DNA of 15,909 nt. It comes from an uncultured delta proteobacterium. Its GTDB lineage: Bacteria > Myxococcota > Myxococcia > Myxococcales > Anaeromyxobacteraceae. Numbering within the stretch: position 1 is the stretch's first letter; each line of letters starts with the position of its first letter. The translations under genes were made by a program, and so were the position numbers. The notes beneath the pieces are model-generated. The model saw only the letters and a list, made by a program, of their open reading frames with translations, had not been told where the DNA came from and made no database searches. Location: positions 1 to 15,909 of the forward strand of contig CAWJSR010000056.1 of NCBI GenBank assembly GCA_963845515.1. The letters are read 5' to 3'. This document shows, piece by piece, positions 1-10,057 of this stretch.

Positions 1-1849
1 ACGATCTTCGAGCAGGCCCTGAGCCCGGTGGAGCGGCACGAGCTGGGCGCGCACTACACCCGCGAGGCCGACATTGAGCGCGTCGTCGGGCCGACCATCA
101 TCGAGCCCTGGCGGGAGCGGATCGCCAACCTGCGCTACCCGAAGGAGGCCGAGGCGCTCATCGAGCAGCTAAAGGGCTTCCACGTTCTAGACCCGGCGTG
201 CGGCTGCGGCGACTTCCTGTACGTCGTCTACCGCGAGATGAAGCGGATCGAGGCCGGGCTCGCCCATAAGTGGAGCGAGCTGCAGCTCAAGGTCGCCAAG
301 CGAAGGGCTGACCTCAAGCCTCCGCCGCCCGGGCCGTGGTTCAGCTTGCGGCAGCTTCACGGGATCGAGCTCAACGGCTTCGCCGCGTTCCTCGCCCGAG
401 TCGTCCTCTGGATCGGCGAGCACCTCGCGACCCGGGAGCTCGGGCTCGATGAGCCTACGCTTCCGCTCAAGAACCTGAGCGAGACGATCCGCCAGGGCGA
501 CGCCCTCCTCACGGCCTGGCCGCGGCCGGAGGGAGAGCTGGCGATCGTCGGCAACCCGCCCTACCTGGGCGTGAGGAAGCTGCGGCGGGAGTTGGGCGAC
601 GACTACGTCGAGCAGCTGTTCGAGCGGTACCCCGACAACCGCGCCGCCGACTTCGTGACCTACTGGTTCACCATCGCGCTGGATACCCTGCGTCCCGGGG
701 AGCGCGCCGGCTTCGTCGCGACCAATTCGATCGCCCAGAACGAGAGCCGTGAGGCGAGCCTGGACAAGATCGTCGCGAGGGGCGCGACCATCATCGACGC
801 CTGGAAGAGCTACCCGTGGCCGGGCGAGGCCGCCGTCCACGTGGCCATCGTCAACTGGGTGATGGCTCCGTGGGAGGGGCTGCGGACGCTGGACGGCGAA
901 GAGGTCGCGTCGATCTCGCCTGCGCTCACCTGGATCACCGACGTGACCGCTGTGCGGCAGATTCCGGCAAACGGGGGGCTCTGCTTCATGGGCGTAACCC
1001 CTGGCAACAGGGAGTTCTTCCTGTCGGACGAGCAGCGCACAGAGCTTCTCGGGCAAGATCCGAAGTCCGAGGCGGTGATCAAGCCGTTCCTCATCGGGCG
1101 GGACGTCAACCGGGAGATCGATCAGAAGCCCACGCGGTGGATCATCGACTTCGGCTCGATGGAGAGGGATGAGGCTGAGATCTACGCCGGCGCCATGCGG
1201 CACGTCCGCAAGCACGTCTACCCGATTCGGAAGAACAATCGGCGGGAGGCTCGTGCCACGAATTGGTGGCGTTTTGCCGAGGTGGCGCCGAACCTTCGGG
1301 CCGCGATCGACGGGGCGAAGCGCGTGCTTGTCATCCCTTGCGTCGGACCCAACCTGGTCATCTCGCGCCAGTCAGCCAGTATCTGCTTCGACCACCAGTT
1401 GATGGTCGTCGCACTCAGCAAGCCGTTTCACTTCGGCGTGCTGCAGTCAGCTATCCACTCGAAGTGGGCCCGTGCCCGCGGGTCGACCTTGAAGGGCGAC
1501 CTTCGCTACACGAACACCACCATCTTCGAGACCTTCCCGTTCCCGCTGCAGAAGGACGGAAGCTACGACCCCCGGAAGGTCCCGCAGACCCCCGCAGCCG
1601 AGCGGGTGAGCGACGCGGCCGAGACTTTCGAGCGGGTTCGCAGCGAGGCCTGCCGGGAGCGAGAGCTGGGGCTCACCAGAGATCCACAACCAGCTCGAAG
1701 CTGGCGAGGACGGGGCACTGGGCCGCGCCTGGGTCGCATTGAACGACGCCGTCACGGCCTGCTACGGGTTCCCAAAGGGAACCTGGCGGGACGAGGGCGA
1801 AACACTGGCGAGGTTGCTGGAGTTGAACCGCAGGGTAGCCGTCGGGTGA
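1..1849 (+). CDS. MmeI-family (YeeA-like) Type IIG/IIL N6-adenine DNA methyltransferase / RM enzyme; 5'-partial; +1 frameshift near 1679
   Basis: The frame is open from base 1 (TIFEQALSPVERHELGAHYT). Motifs: GAHYT, motif I LDPACGCGDFL, motif IV IVGNPPYLG, and the MmeI-type blocks DFVTYWF, GFVATNSI, WPGEAAVHVAIV and RYTNTTIFETFPFP. After ~1679 the family C-terminus continues in the +1 frame (IHNQLEAGEDGALGRAWVALNDAVTACYGFPKGTWRDEGETLARLLELNRRVAVG*), with stop TGA at 1847-1849. Confidence 0.88.
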
Positions 1850-3126
1850 CCTCGCGACGAAAGATCCCCGAGGACGTTCAGGCGCACCTGCTCTATGCGA
1901 GTCGCCGGCGGTGCTGCGTGTGTTTCTTCCTCGAAGGCGTAACGACACCCAAGTCCGGGCAGATAGCGCACCTCGATCAGGATCCAACAAACGATGAGCC
2001 TGAGAATCTGGCGTGGCTTTGCCTGGAGCACCACGACCTCTATGACTCCCGAACAAGTCAGTCGAAAGGCCTCACATTCGGGGAGGTGCGGAGGTACCGG
2101 GACGAACTGCACGCCCTCATCCAGCGGACCGCGCCGCAGGCCGTGCTTCCGTCACACAACGCGGAGGGCAAACCGCAACCTGGGCTCGTCTCTTCCGCGG
2201 ATTGGCTCAGCCGAATAATTGAGGCGTACGACCGCGAGGAGAGAGGCAGGGAACTGGGCCAGCCCCCCAACGGAATCGCACTGGGACACCTTGCCGAGGT
2301 TGCCGCGCGAGAGGCTGGCGACTTCGGCGCAGCACTGGAAGCGTTTGTGTCCCTGTTGAGGCTGGCTGGCGGTGGGGACCGCCAGGCGGGGCGCGTGTAC
2401 GAGTACGAGACGTCGATCGTCAGCGCGAATCCAGTCACAGCGAGCGCGCGTATTCTCAGGCTCTTCTCGGATATCGACTCGGGACTCTTCCACAAGGCTC
2501 TCGGACGTGGGTGCGACTACTCGCTAATGGGGGATGTCGCCTTCCGGGATCTGGACGCCGAGTCACCGCTGCCACATGCCTCGTTCTGCCCCTACGTGCA
2601 GATCTTGTGTGCGTTCCTGACGTCCTCCGGAAGCCCGCCGTCTGTTCGGTCCGCCGAAGTTGTTTCCAATGAGGTGGCCAAGCTCCTGATGAGAAGCGCA
2701 CTCCTCTTGGTGCTGCGCGGCAGCGAGGTGCCTGCGCCGCCCCGCGTCATCTATGTCAATCCGAGCGGGCGCCGATGCGAACAGGACGTGACGCCGGAAG
2801 ACTTGCCCCCCTTCGTCTGGGTCGCACACGAGGTTGCGAAGCTACCGCAGCCGATCTTCGAATACACGGTGAAGCGTCTTTCGTTCATGAGCGGGCTGCA
2901 GAGTCCTTACCAGGACGCTGCGACAGCAGTGCCTCTGCCCCAGGCTCTCTTGTATGTCCGGAAATGGGCGCTTTGGCAGAGCGGAGCGGCGGGCTACATG
3001 GCCCTTGCGACGGAGAGTGATGTGGCACGAGCGGGCGAGGCAATAGAGGCAATGAAGGCGCTGGGCCTGCGCGTCGCGGCACAGGTCCGAGCTTTTGTCG
3101 AGGGGGAGCGTCGGCCAGCAGAGTGA
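1846..3126 (+). CDS. HNH-type endonuclease domain protein (426 aa) with uncharacterised C-terminal region
   Basis: The GTG at 1846 overlaps the MTase stop (GTGA). The N-terminus MTSRRKIPEDVQAHLLYASRRRCCVCF...GQIAHLDQDPTNDEPENLAWLCLEHHDLYD has the CxxC...H...N...CxxHH zinc-binding HNH pattern. GC and codon usage are lower than in the downstream core genes. Confidence 0.75.
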   Translation: MTSRRKIPEDVQAHLLYASRRRCCVCFFLEGVTTPKSGQIAHLDQDPTNDEPENLAWLCLEHHDLYDSRTSQSKGLTFGEVRRYRDELHALIQRTAPQAVLPSHNAEGKPQPGLVSSADWLSRIIEAYDREERGRELGQPPNGIALGHLAEVAAREAGDFGAALEAFVSLLRLAGGGDRQAGRVYEYETSIVSANPVTASARILRLFSDIDSGLFHKALGRGCDYSLMGDVAFRDLDAESPLPHASFCPYVQILCAFLTSSGSPPSVRSAEVVSNEVAKLLMRSALLLVLRGSEVPAPPRVIYVNPSGRRCEQDVTPEDLPPFVWVAHEVAKLPQPIFEYTVKRLSFMSGLQSPYQDAATAVPLPQALLYVRKWALWQSGAAGYMALATESDVARAGEAIEAMKALGLRVAAQVRAFVEGERRPAE

Positions 3127-3141
3127 CGGCCAGCAGAGTGA
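3112..3141. repeat. Perfect 15-bp tandem direct repeat (CGGCCAGCAGAGTGA x2)
   Basis: 3112-3126 and 3127-3141 are identical, and the first copy contains the HNH gene stop codon. Confidence 0.9.
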
Positions 3142-3232
3142 CAACGCAGGGAGCCGCTCAGAGGCGCGTCAGCGTCTGGTGGAAGCCGCTGGCGGTCGAG
3201 TCCCCGAGCGTCGGGCCGGGTGGCGCTGCCCC

Positions 3233-3261
3233 TTCAACGGCGACCGCCTGTGCTGTACCGT
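3233..3261 (+). promoter_or_regulatory. Possible sigma70-type promoter for uppP operon
   Basis: TTCAAC-17 nt-TACCGT ends 10 nt before the uppP ATG, and no SD is visible. The match to consensus is weak. Confidence 0.3.
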
Positions 3262-3271
3262 GCGGCCCGCG

Positions 3272-4144
3272 ATGAGCCTCTCCGCCGCCTTCCTCCTCGG
3301 CCTCGTGCAGGCCGCCACCGAGTTCCTGCCGGTCTCCTCCACGGCCCACCTGCTCGTCTTCGGCGAGCTGCTCGGCCACGACCTCGCCGACAGCCGCTTC
3401 CGCGCGTTCGCGACCATCATCCAGTCGGGGACCACGCTCGCGGTGATCGCCTACTTCCGCGACGAGATCTGGCGGCTCGCGCGCGCCGGCGTCCTCTCCC
3501 TGGTCCACCTGCGCCCGCTCGAGACCCGGGAGTCCCGCCTCGCGTGGCTCATCGTCCTCGGCACCATCCCCGCCGCCGTCGCGGGGAAGCTCCTCGAGCA
3601 CCGGATCGAGGCGCTGGGGAACTGGGTCATCGCCGGCTCGCTCGTCATCCTCGGCCTCGTCCTCCTCGGCGCCGAGGCCTGGGCGCGCCACGCGCGGACG
3701 ATGGAGCAGGTCGGCGTGGTCGACGCCGTGCTCATCGGCGTCGCGCAGGCCATCGCGCTCGTCCCGGGGAGCTCCCGCTCCGGCACGACGCTCACCGCCG
3801 GCATGGCGCTCGGCTTCACGCGCGAGGCCGCGGCCCGCTTCAGCTTCCTCCTCTCGGTGCCGATCATCCTCGCGGCCGGCGCGTACAAGCTCTGGAAGGC
3901 CCTGCCGGTCATCAGGCAGAACCCGTCCTGGGCGAGCGCGACCATCGTGGGGACGATCGTGTCGGCCATCTTCGGCTACCTCGTCATCGGCTGGCTCCTC
4001 GGCTGGCTCCGCACCCGGTCCACCTACGTCTTCGTGGCGTGGCGGATCGCGGCCGGCGTCGTCCTCGCCGTCCTCATCTGGCGCGGAGTGCTCCCTGCGG
4101 ACCAGGGGCGGTCCGAGCCGCAGGCGACCGCGCAGCGGCGATGA
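3272..4144 (+). CDS. uppP: Undecaprenyl-diphosphate phosphatase (BacA/UppP), 290 aa
   Basis: Signature motifs [28 protein letters not shown] and AARFSFLLS, with multiple TM segments. Start placed at ATG 3272 ([10 protein letters not shown]). Confidence 0.95.
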   Translation: MSLSAAFLLGLVQAATEFLPVSSTAHLLVFGELLGHDLADSRFRAFATIIQSGTTLAVIAYFRDEIWRLARAGVLSLVHLRPLETRESRLAWLIVLGTIPAAVAGKLLEHRIEALGNWVIAGSLVILGLVLLGAEAWARHARTMEQVGVVDAVLIGVAQAIALVPGSSRSGTTLTAGMALGFTREAAARFSFLLSVPIILAAGAYKLWKALPVIRQNPSWASATIVGTIVSAIFGYLVIGWLLGWLRTRSTYVFVAWRIAAGVVLAVLIWRGVLPADQGRSEPQATAQRR

Positions 4145-4727
4145 CCTTCGACCGGCTGAAGGCGGCGCTGGCCGCGCGCCCCCTCGGGCCGGATCCGACC
4201 GCCGCCGTCCCGCCGGCGCACGTCCCTGCCGGGGGCTTCCGCCACTCGTCGGTCCTGGTGCCGCTCTACGAGAAGGAAGGGCAGCCGCACGTCCTCCTCA
4301 CGCTGCGCCCGTCCACGATGCGCCGGCACGCCGGCCAGATCGCGTTCCCCGGCGGCGCGCTCGACCCGGGCGAGGGGAGCCTGGAGGGGGCGCTGCGCGA
4401 GGCTCAAGAGGAGGTGGGGCTCGACCGGGACCGGGCGACGGTCCTCGGGCGGCTCACCGAGGTGATCGTCCTGACCACGCCGTTCCGCTTGACGCCCTGG
4501 GTCGCGACCGTGCCATATCCGTACCCCTACACTGCCGCTCCGGGGGAGGTGGAGGAGATCCTCCACGTGCCGCTCGCCGCGCTCCTCGACGAGGCGGCGT
4601 ACGGCGTCACCCGGATCGAGGCTTACGGGATGTTCCTGGACACCCACACCTACCGCGCCGGCGCGCACCTGATCTGGGGCGCCACCGCCCGGGTGCTGCA
4701 CGAGCTGCTCAACGTCTGGAGGACGCT

Positions 4728-4731
<4 letters not shown>
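4141..4731 (+). CDS. Nudix hydrolase, CoA pyrophosphatase (NudL/PCD1) subfamily, 196 aa
   Basis: ATGA overlap with uppP. NuCoA motif [21 protein letters not shown] followed by the Nudix box ([12 protein letters not shown]) and a C-terminal IWGATA. Confidence 0.92.
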
Positions 4732-5815
<1,084 letters not shown>

Positions 5816-5855
5816 ATCAGTGCCCCACGGGGTGCGCCGCAGGAGAACACCGGAC

Positions 5856-7229
5856 ATGGCAAAGCTCTCACCGACCCTCTTCCGCGAGTACGACATCCGC
5901 GGGCTCGTGGACCAGGACCTGACCGAGGAGGCGGTCTCGCTCATCGGCAAGGCGCTGGGGACGAAGGTCCGCGCCGCCGGCGGCAAGAACGTCGTCGTCG
6001 GGCGCGACTGCCGCGAGTCGGGCGAGCGCTTCAACCGGCGGCTCGTGGCCGCGCTCCGGTCCACCGGCTGCGACGTGATCGACCTGGGCGTGGTGCCGAC
6101 GCCGCTCGTCTACTTCGCGGCCTACACGCTCCCCGGCGTCGACGGCTCCTGCCAGATCACCGGCTCGCACAACCCGCCGGAGTACAACGGGCTGAAGCTC
6201 GGGCTCGGCAAGAGCACGTTCCACGGAGAGGAGATCCAGGAGCTGCGCCGTGTCATCGAGCAGGGCCAGTTCGCGTCCGGAGAGGGGAGCCTCCGGAGCC
6301 ACGACATCGTCACGCCCTACCTCGCCCACGTCAGGGGGAACCTGGCGTTCGGGACGCGGAGGCTCAAGGTCGTCGTCGACGCCGGCAACGGGACCGGCGG
6401 GGTCGTCGCCGTCCCGCTCTTCCAGTCGCTCGGGGTCGACGTCGTGCCGCTCTTCATCGAGATGGACGGCCGCTTCCCGAACCACCACGCCGACCCGACG
6501 GTCGAGAAGAACCTCGAGCACCTGAAGGCGAAGGTGCGCGAGGTGAAGGCCGACATCGGCATCGCCTACGACGGCGACGCAGACCGGGTCGGGGCGGTGG
6601 ACGAGCTGGGGAACGTGCTCTGGGGCGACCAGATCATGATCCTCTTCTCGCGCGCCCTGCTCGCCGAGGTCCCGGGCGCCGCGATCGTCGGCGAGGTGAA
6701 GTGCTCCTTCACGCTCTACGACGACATCGAGGCGAAGGGCGGCCGCGGCATCATGTGGAAGGCCGGCCACAGCCTCATCAAGGCGAAGATGAAGGAGGAG
6801 CAGGCGCTGCTGGCCGGCGAGATGAGCGGCCACATCTTCTTCGGCCACCGCTGGTTCGGCTTCGACGACGGCATCTACTCGTCGGGGCGGCTCCTGGAGC
6901 TCCTCTCCCGGACCGACGCGAAGATGTCGACGCTGCTCGCCGACGTGCCGAAGACCTTCAGCACCCCGGAGCTGCGGGTCGACTGCCCCGAGGACAAGAA
7001 GTTCGAGCTGGTCAGGCGGGCGCAGGAGTTCTTCGCGGCGCGGTACGAGGCGGTGACCGTGGACGGCGTCCGCGTCGTCTTCCCCGACGGATGGGGGCTG
7101 GTCCGCGCCTCCAACACCCAGCCGATCCTGGTCCTCCGCTTCGAGGCCACGACGCAGGAGCGGCTCGTCGAGATCGAGCAGCTCGTCCGCTCGAAGGTCG
7201 ACGAGCTGAAGCGCGAGCTGGGGGCCTGA
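5856..7229 (+). CDS. algC: Phosphomannomutase/phosphoglucomutase (AlgC/ManB type), 457 aa
   Basis: FREYDIRG, catalytic TGSHNP, metal loop DGDADR, GEMSGH and RASNTQP. SD AGGAG at 5841-5845 precedes ATG 5856. Confidence 0.95.
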   Translation: MAKLSPTLFREYDIRGLVDQDLTEEAVSLIGKALGTKVRAAGGKNVVVGRDCRESGERFNRRLVAALRSTGCDVIDLGVVPTPLVYFAAYTLPGVDGSCQITGSHNPPEYNGLKLGLGKSTFHGEEIQELRRVIEQGQFASGEGSLRSHDIVTPYLAHVRGNLAFGTRRLKVVVDAGNGTGGVVAVPLFQSLGVDVVPLFIEMDGRFPNHHADPTVEKNLEHLKAKVREVKADIGIAYDGDADRVGAVDELGNVLWGDQIMILFSRALLAEVPGAAIVGEVKCSFTLYDDIEAKGGRGIMWKAGHSLIKAKMKEEQALLAGEMSGHIFFGHRWFGFDDGIYSSGRLLELLSRTDAKMSTLLADVPKTFSTPELRVDCPEDKKFELVRRAQEFFAARYEAVTVDGVRVVFPDGWGLVRASNTQPILVLRFEATTQERLVEIEQLVRSKVDELKRELGA

Positions 7230-8185
7230 TGGCCCGCCTCGCCCTCGGCGTCGATCTCGGAGGCAGCAACGCGCGCGCCGCCGTCGTGGACGTCGAGGCA
7301 GGCGAGATCGTGGCGGTCCGCAAGGAGCTGCTGGTCGAGCGGGCCCCGGAGGCGGTGGTCCGCGTCCTCGCGGCGCTGGCGCGCGGCGCGGCAGCCGACG
7401 CGGGCGTCGAGCCGGCCTCGCTGGGGACGGCCGGGGTCGGCGTGGCAGGTCAGTGCCTCGGCATGACCGGCATCGTCGTGAACGCCCCGAACCTCGGCTG
7501 GCGCAACGTCTCCTTCGGCGGTCTCCTCGCGGGCGCGCTCGGGCAGCCGGTCCGCGTGGCGAACGATCTCTCCGCGGCTGCGGTGGGCGAGCACGCATGG
7601 GGTGCCGCCAGGGGCGCGACCGACGCGCTGGTGGTCTTCGTCGGCTCCGGCGTCGGCTGCGGGCTCATCCTCGGCGGCCGCCTGCACGAGGGGGCCTACG
7701 GCGTGGCGGGCGAGCTCGGGCACGTGAAGGTGCGCCCGCCGCGGCCCGGCCAGAAGGAGCGCATCTGCGGGTGCGGCGAGTGGGGCTGCCTCGAGGCGTA
7801 CACCGGAGGAGTCCACGTCGCGGCGCGGGTGCGCGAGGACGTGAGCGCCGGGCTCGCGGATCGCGTGAAGGCGATCGCGGGGAGCGAGGCGAACGTCTCC
7901 GCCGCGGCGGTCGAGGCCGCCTACGAAGAGGGTGACCTCTACGCGCGCGAGCTGTGGGGCGAGCTGGGGGAGCTGCTCGGCCGCGCGATCGCCAACGCGA
8001 CGACGCTCCTCAACCCCTCCCGCGTGGTGCTCGGCGGCGGCGTGCTGCTCGGCTGCCCGAACCTCGCCCGGATCGTCCGCGCGCAGGTCGTCGACAAGAC
8101 CGCGCGCGCCGCGCGCGCCGGTGTCGAGCTCGTCCCGGCCGAGCTGGGTGACGACGCCGGGCTGATGGGCGCGGCGCTGCTCTGA
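7229..8185 (+). CDS. ROK-family sugar kinase (glucokinase/mannokinase-like), 318 aa
   Basis: TGATG overlap with PMM. ATP motif GVDLGGS, ANDLSAAAVGE, GSGVGCG, GELGH and zinc motif CGCGEWGCLE. No N-terminal HTH. Confidence 0.92.
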   Translation: MARLALGVDLGGSNARAAVVDVEAGEIVAVRKELLVERAPEAVVRVLAALARGAAADAGVEPASLGTAGVGVAGQCLGMTGIVVNAPNLGWRNVSFGGLLAGALGQPVRVANDLSAAAVGEHAWGAARGATDALVVFVGSGVGCGLILGGRLHEGAYGVAGELGHVKVRPPRPGQKERICGCGEWGCLEAYTGGVHVAARVREDVSAGLADRVKAIAGSEANVSAAAVEAAYEEGDLYARELWGELGELLGRAIANATTLLNPSRVVLGGGVLLGCPNLARIVRAQVVDKTARAARAGVELVPAELGDDAGLMGAALL

Positions 8186-8206
8186 TTGGCGCGCGGTCTC
8201 GGCCCC

Positions 8207-8228
8207 CCCCTCGAGCTGGCGCGAGGGG
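8207..8228. terminator. GC hairpin between convergent ROK and tonB genes
   Basis: CCCCTCG-agctggcg-CGAGGGG lies in the 43-nt gap between convergent stop codons. There is no U-tract. Confidence 0.35.
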
Positions 8229-8981
8229 CTACGGCGCCTCGAACCGGACCGTGAAGCGCAGCCAGGTCGCGACGCGCTCGTCGCCCCTGCGGGCGGGCTC
8301 GAACTTGAAGTAGCGCTTCGCGATCCGGACGGCCGCCTCCGCGAAGCCGTTGCCGGGATCGTCGACCGCGGTCGCCTCCGTGACCCTGCCCGTCTCGTCC
8401 ACCAGGAGCCGGAGCACCACCGCGGCCTCCAGCCCCTGCGCGAGCGCGGCCGGCGGGTACTCGCCCTGCGGGATCTCGATGGAGACCGGCCTGGGGAGCA
8501 CCGTCACCTGCGTCGGCGGGACGTACCTCTCCGCGGCGTACGGCCTCACCTCCTCCGGCTTCGGCGCCTCCCTCGGGAGCTGCCCGTAGAGCGTGTTGCC
8601 GACCGGGGCGGCGAAGCCGCCCGAGGCGGTGGTGGAGGACATGGAGATGCCCACCTTCACAGGGGCCCGCTGCGGCGGCGGGGCGCCGGGTGGCGGCGGC
8701 TCGTTGGGAGGGGGCGGCGTCTCCGGGGCCGGGGCCTTCGCCTCGGGTGCGTCACGCGGCAGCGCCTTGGCGACCCTGGGCTCCGCGAGCCTGGGCCGGG
8801 GTGGGGCCTCGACCGGCGCCGGCGGGTCAGGCGGCCGCGGCGCGCTCTCGACCACGTCGATCCGGACGGTCTCGTACCGCCTGGGCGGCGGCGCGCTCCA
8901 GAGCAGCGCCAGGATGACGCCGTGGAGCGCCAGCGAGGCGACGGTGCCCGCGGCCAGCGGGGCGCGCCTCGAGGCCGGCAC
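8229..8981 (-). CDS. tonB: Energy transducer TonB family protein, 250 aa
   Basis: N-terminal TM with SxxxH (SLALH), a Pro-rich linker and a C-terminal TonB domain (YPPAALAQGLEAAVVLRLLVDETGRV...FEPARRG...VRF). Directly downstream of exbB/exbD. Confidence 0.88.
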   Translation of the reverse strand: MPASRRAPLAAGTVASLALHGVILALLWSAPPPRRYETVRIDVVESAPRPPDPPAPVEAPPRPRLAEPRVAKALPRDAPEAKAPAPETPPPPNEPPPPGAPPPQRAPVKVGISMSSTTASGGFAAPVGNTLYGQLPREAPKPEEVRPYAAERYVPPTQVTVLPRPVSIEIPQGEYPPAALAQGLEAAVVLRLLVDETGRVTEATAVDDPGNGFAEAAVRIAKRYFKFEPARRGDERVATWLRFTVRFEAP

Positions 8982-9393
8982 TCAACGCTCCTTCTCGATG
9001 TTGATCGCGAAGCGGGAGATCCCTGCTCCCTTCACGACGTCGATGACGCGGACCACGGCGCCGTGCAGCGCCCCCCTGTCGGCGGAGATGATCGCGCGCG
9101 CGTCGGGGTTGGCCGCGGCGGCCGCGCGGGCGCGCTCGACCAGCTCCGCCTCGGAGCGCTTCACGCCGTCGAGGTAGAGGTCCCCCTCGCGCGTGACGAT
9201 CGACCGAGAGCAGCGCGCCCGTCGTCTCGCCGCCGTGCGCCGCGCGCGGCAGGTCCACCTCGATGGCGGCCCGCACGATGTACGTCGCCGTCACCATGAA
9301 GATGATGAGCAGCACGAGGACGACGTCCACCAGCGGCGTGACGTTGATGCCGACGATCATGTCGTCGTCGTCGCTGTCGAGGGTGCCGGCCAT
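8982..9393 (-). CDS. exbD: ExbD/TolR biopolymer transport protein (~136 aa after repair); +1 frameshift at ~9201
   Basis: MAGTLDSDDDDMIVGINVTPLVDVVLVLLIIFMVT...LPRA. After removing one base it continues IVTREGDLYLDGVKRSEAEL...IISADRGALHGAVVRVIDVVKGAGISRFAINIEKER. Confidence 0.9.
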
Positions 9394-9401
9394 GCGGGGC
9401 C

Positions 9402-10016
9402 TCAGCTCGCCTTCATGCGAGCGATGGCGGCGTGCCCGAGCGCCTGGGCGCGCTGCGTCGCGCGGCGGAGCGCGCGCTGGAAGTAGTTGTAGGCGACCAC
9501 CGCCGGGAGCGCCACGAAGAGCCCGACGGCGGTGGCGACGAGCGCGTCGGCGATCCCGGTCATCACCGTCCCGGAGCCGGCGGCGTTCGGGTTCCCGGCC
9601 AGATCGGCGAAGGCACGGATGATCCCGAGCACGGTGCCGAAGAGCCCGACGAACGGGGCGTTGTTCCCCAGGGTGCCGAGGAACGCGAGCCGGCGCTCGT
9701 ACTCGATCCGCGAGCGGGCGACCGTCCCGCTGACGACCTCGGCCAGGGCCTCGGCCCCGAGGCCGGCGTGCTCGGCGGCTGCGCGGACGACGTCGGCCTC
9801 GACGCCGGGCCGCGTGCCCACCGCGTCGCGCGCCTTCGCGAAGTCGCCCGCGAGGAGCACCGGGACGAGCGCGTCGACGTCGAGCCGGCGCCTTGCGGCG
9901 AAGAAGAGCGCTCGCTCGACCATGACGGCGAACGAGGCGACGGAGAGCGCGATGAGGAGCCAGAGCACCCACTCGGCGCCGACGTTCGTGAAGGAGAGGA
10001 TCCGGTTCGTGAGCAT
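9402..10016 (-). CDS. exbB: MotA/TolQ/ExbB proton channel protein, 204 aa
   Basis: LGTLGNNAPFVGLFGTVLGIIRAF and GIADALVATAVGLFVALPAVVAYNYF signatures, with three TM segments. Confidence 0.92.
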   Translation of the reverse strand: MLTNRILSFTNVGAEWVLWLLIALSVASFAVMVERALFFAARRRLDVDALVPVLLAGDFAKARDAVGTRPGVEADVVRAAAEHAGLGAEALAEVVSGTVARSRIEYERRLAFLGTLGNNAPFVGLFGTVLGIIRAFADLAGNPNAAGSGTVMTGIADALVATAVGLFVALPAVVAYNYFQRALRRATQRAQALGHAAIARMKAS

Positions 10017-10051
10017 GAGGGTGCGACATTGAGCGCGCGGAAATCACACGC

Positions 10052-10057
10052 TGTCAA
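10052..10057 (-). promoter_or_regulatory. Perfect -35 hexamer (TTGACA) upstream of exbB
   Basis: TTGACA on the minus strand lies 35 nt upstream of the exbB ATG. There is no convincing -10 at 17 nt spacing. Confidence 0.35.

Noticed and set aside
28..3126. Single 1032-aa MTase-HNH fusion starting at 28
   Set aside because: The frame is open upstream of 28, the true MTase C-terminus lies in another frame ending at 1849, and similar +1 indels occur in housekeeping genes.
3095..3271. 59-aa N-terminal extension of UppP
   Set aside because: It overlaps the HNH gene end and the tandem repeat and has no UppP similarity. Family similarity starts at ATG 3272.
3220..4140. 503-aa ORF as a long Nudix fusion (likewise the 6701-7228 extension of the ROK kinase)
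   Set aside because: These are Arg/Pro-rich off-frame read-throughs of uppP and PMM, typical of high-GC DNA. The real starts are the coupled ATGs at 4141 and 7229.
10028..10050. Fur-box-like TGA..TCA upstream of exbB
   Set aside because: The core is GC-rich and does not fit the AT-rich Fur consensus.
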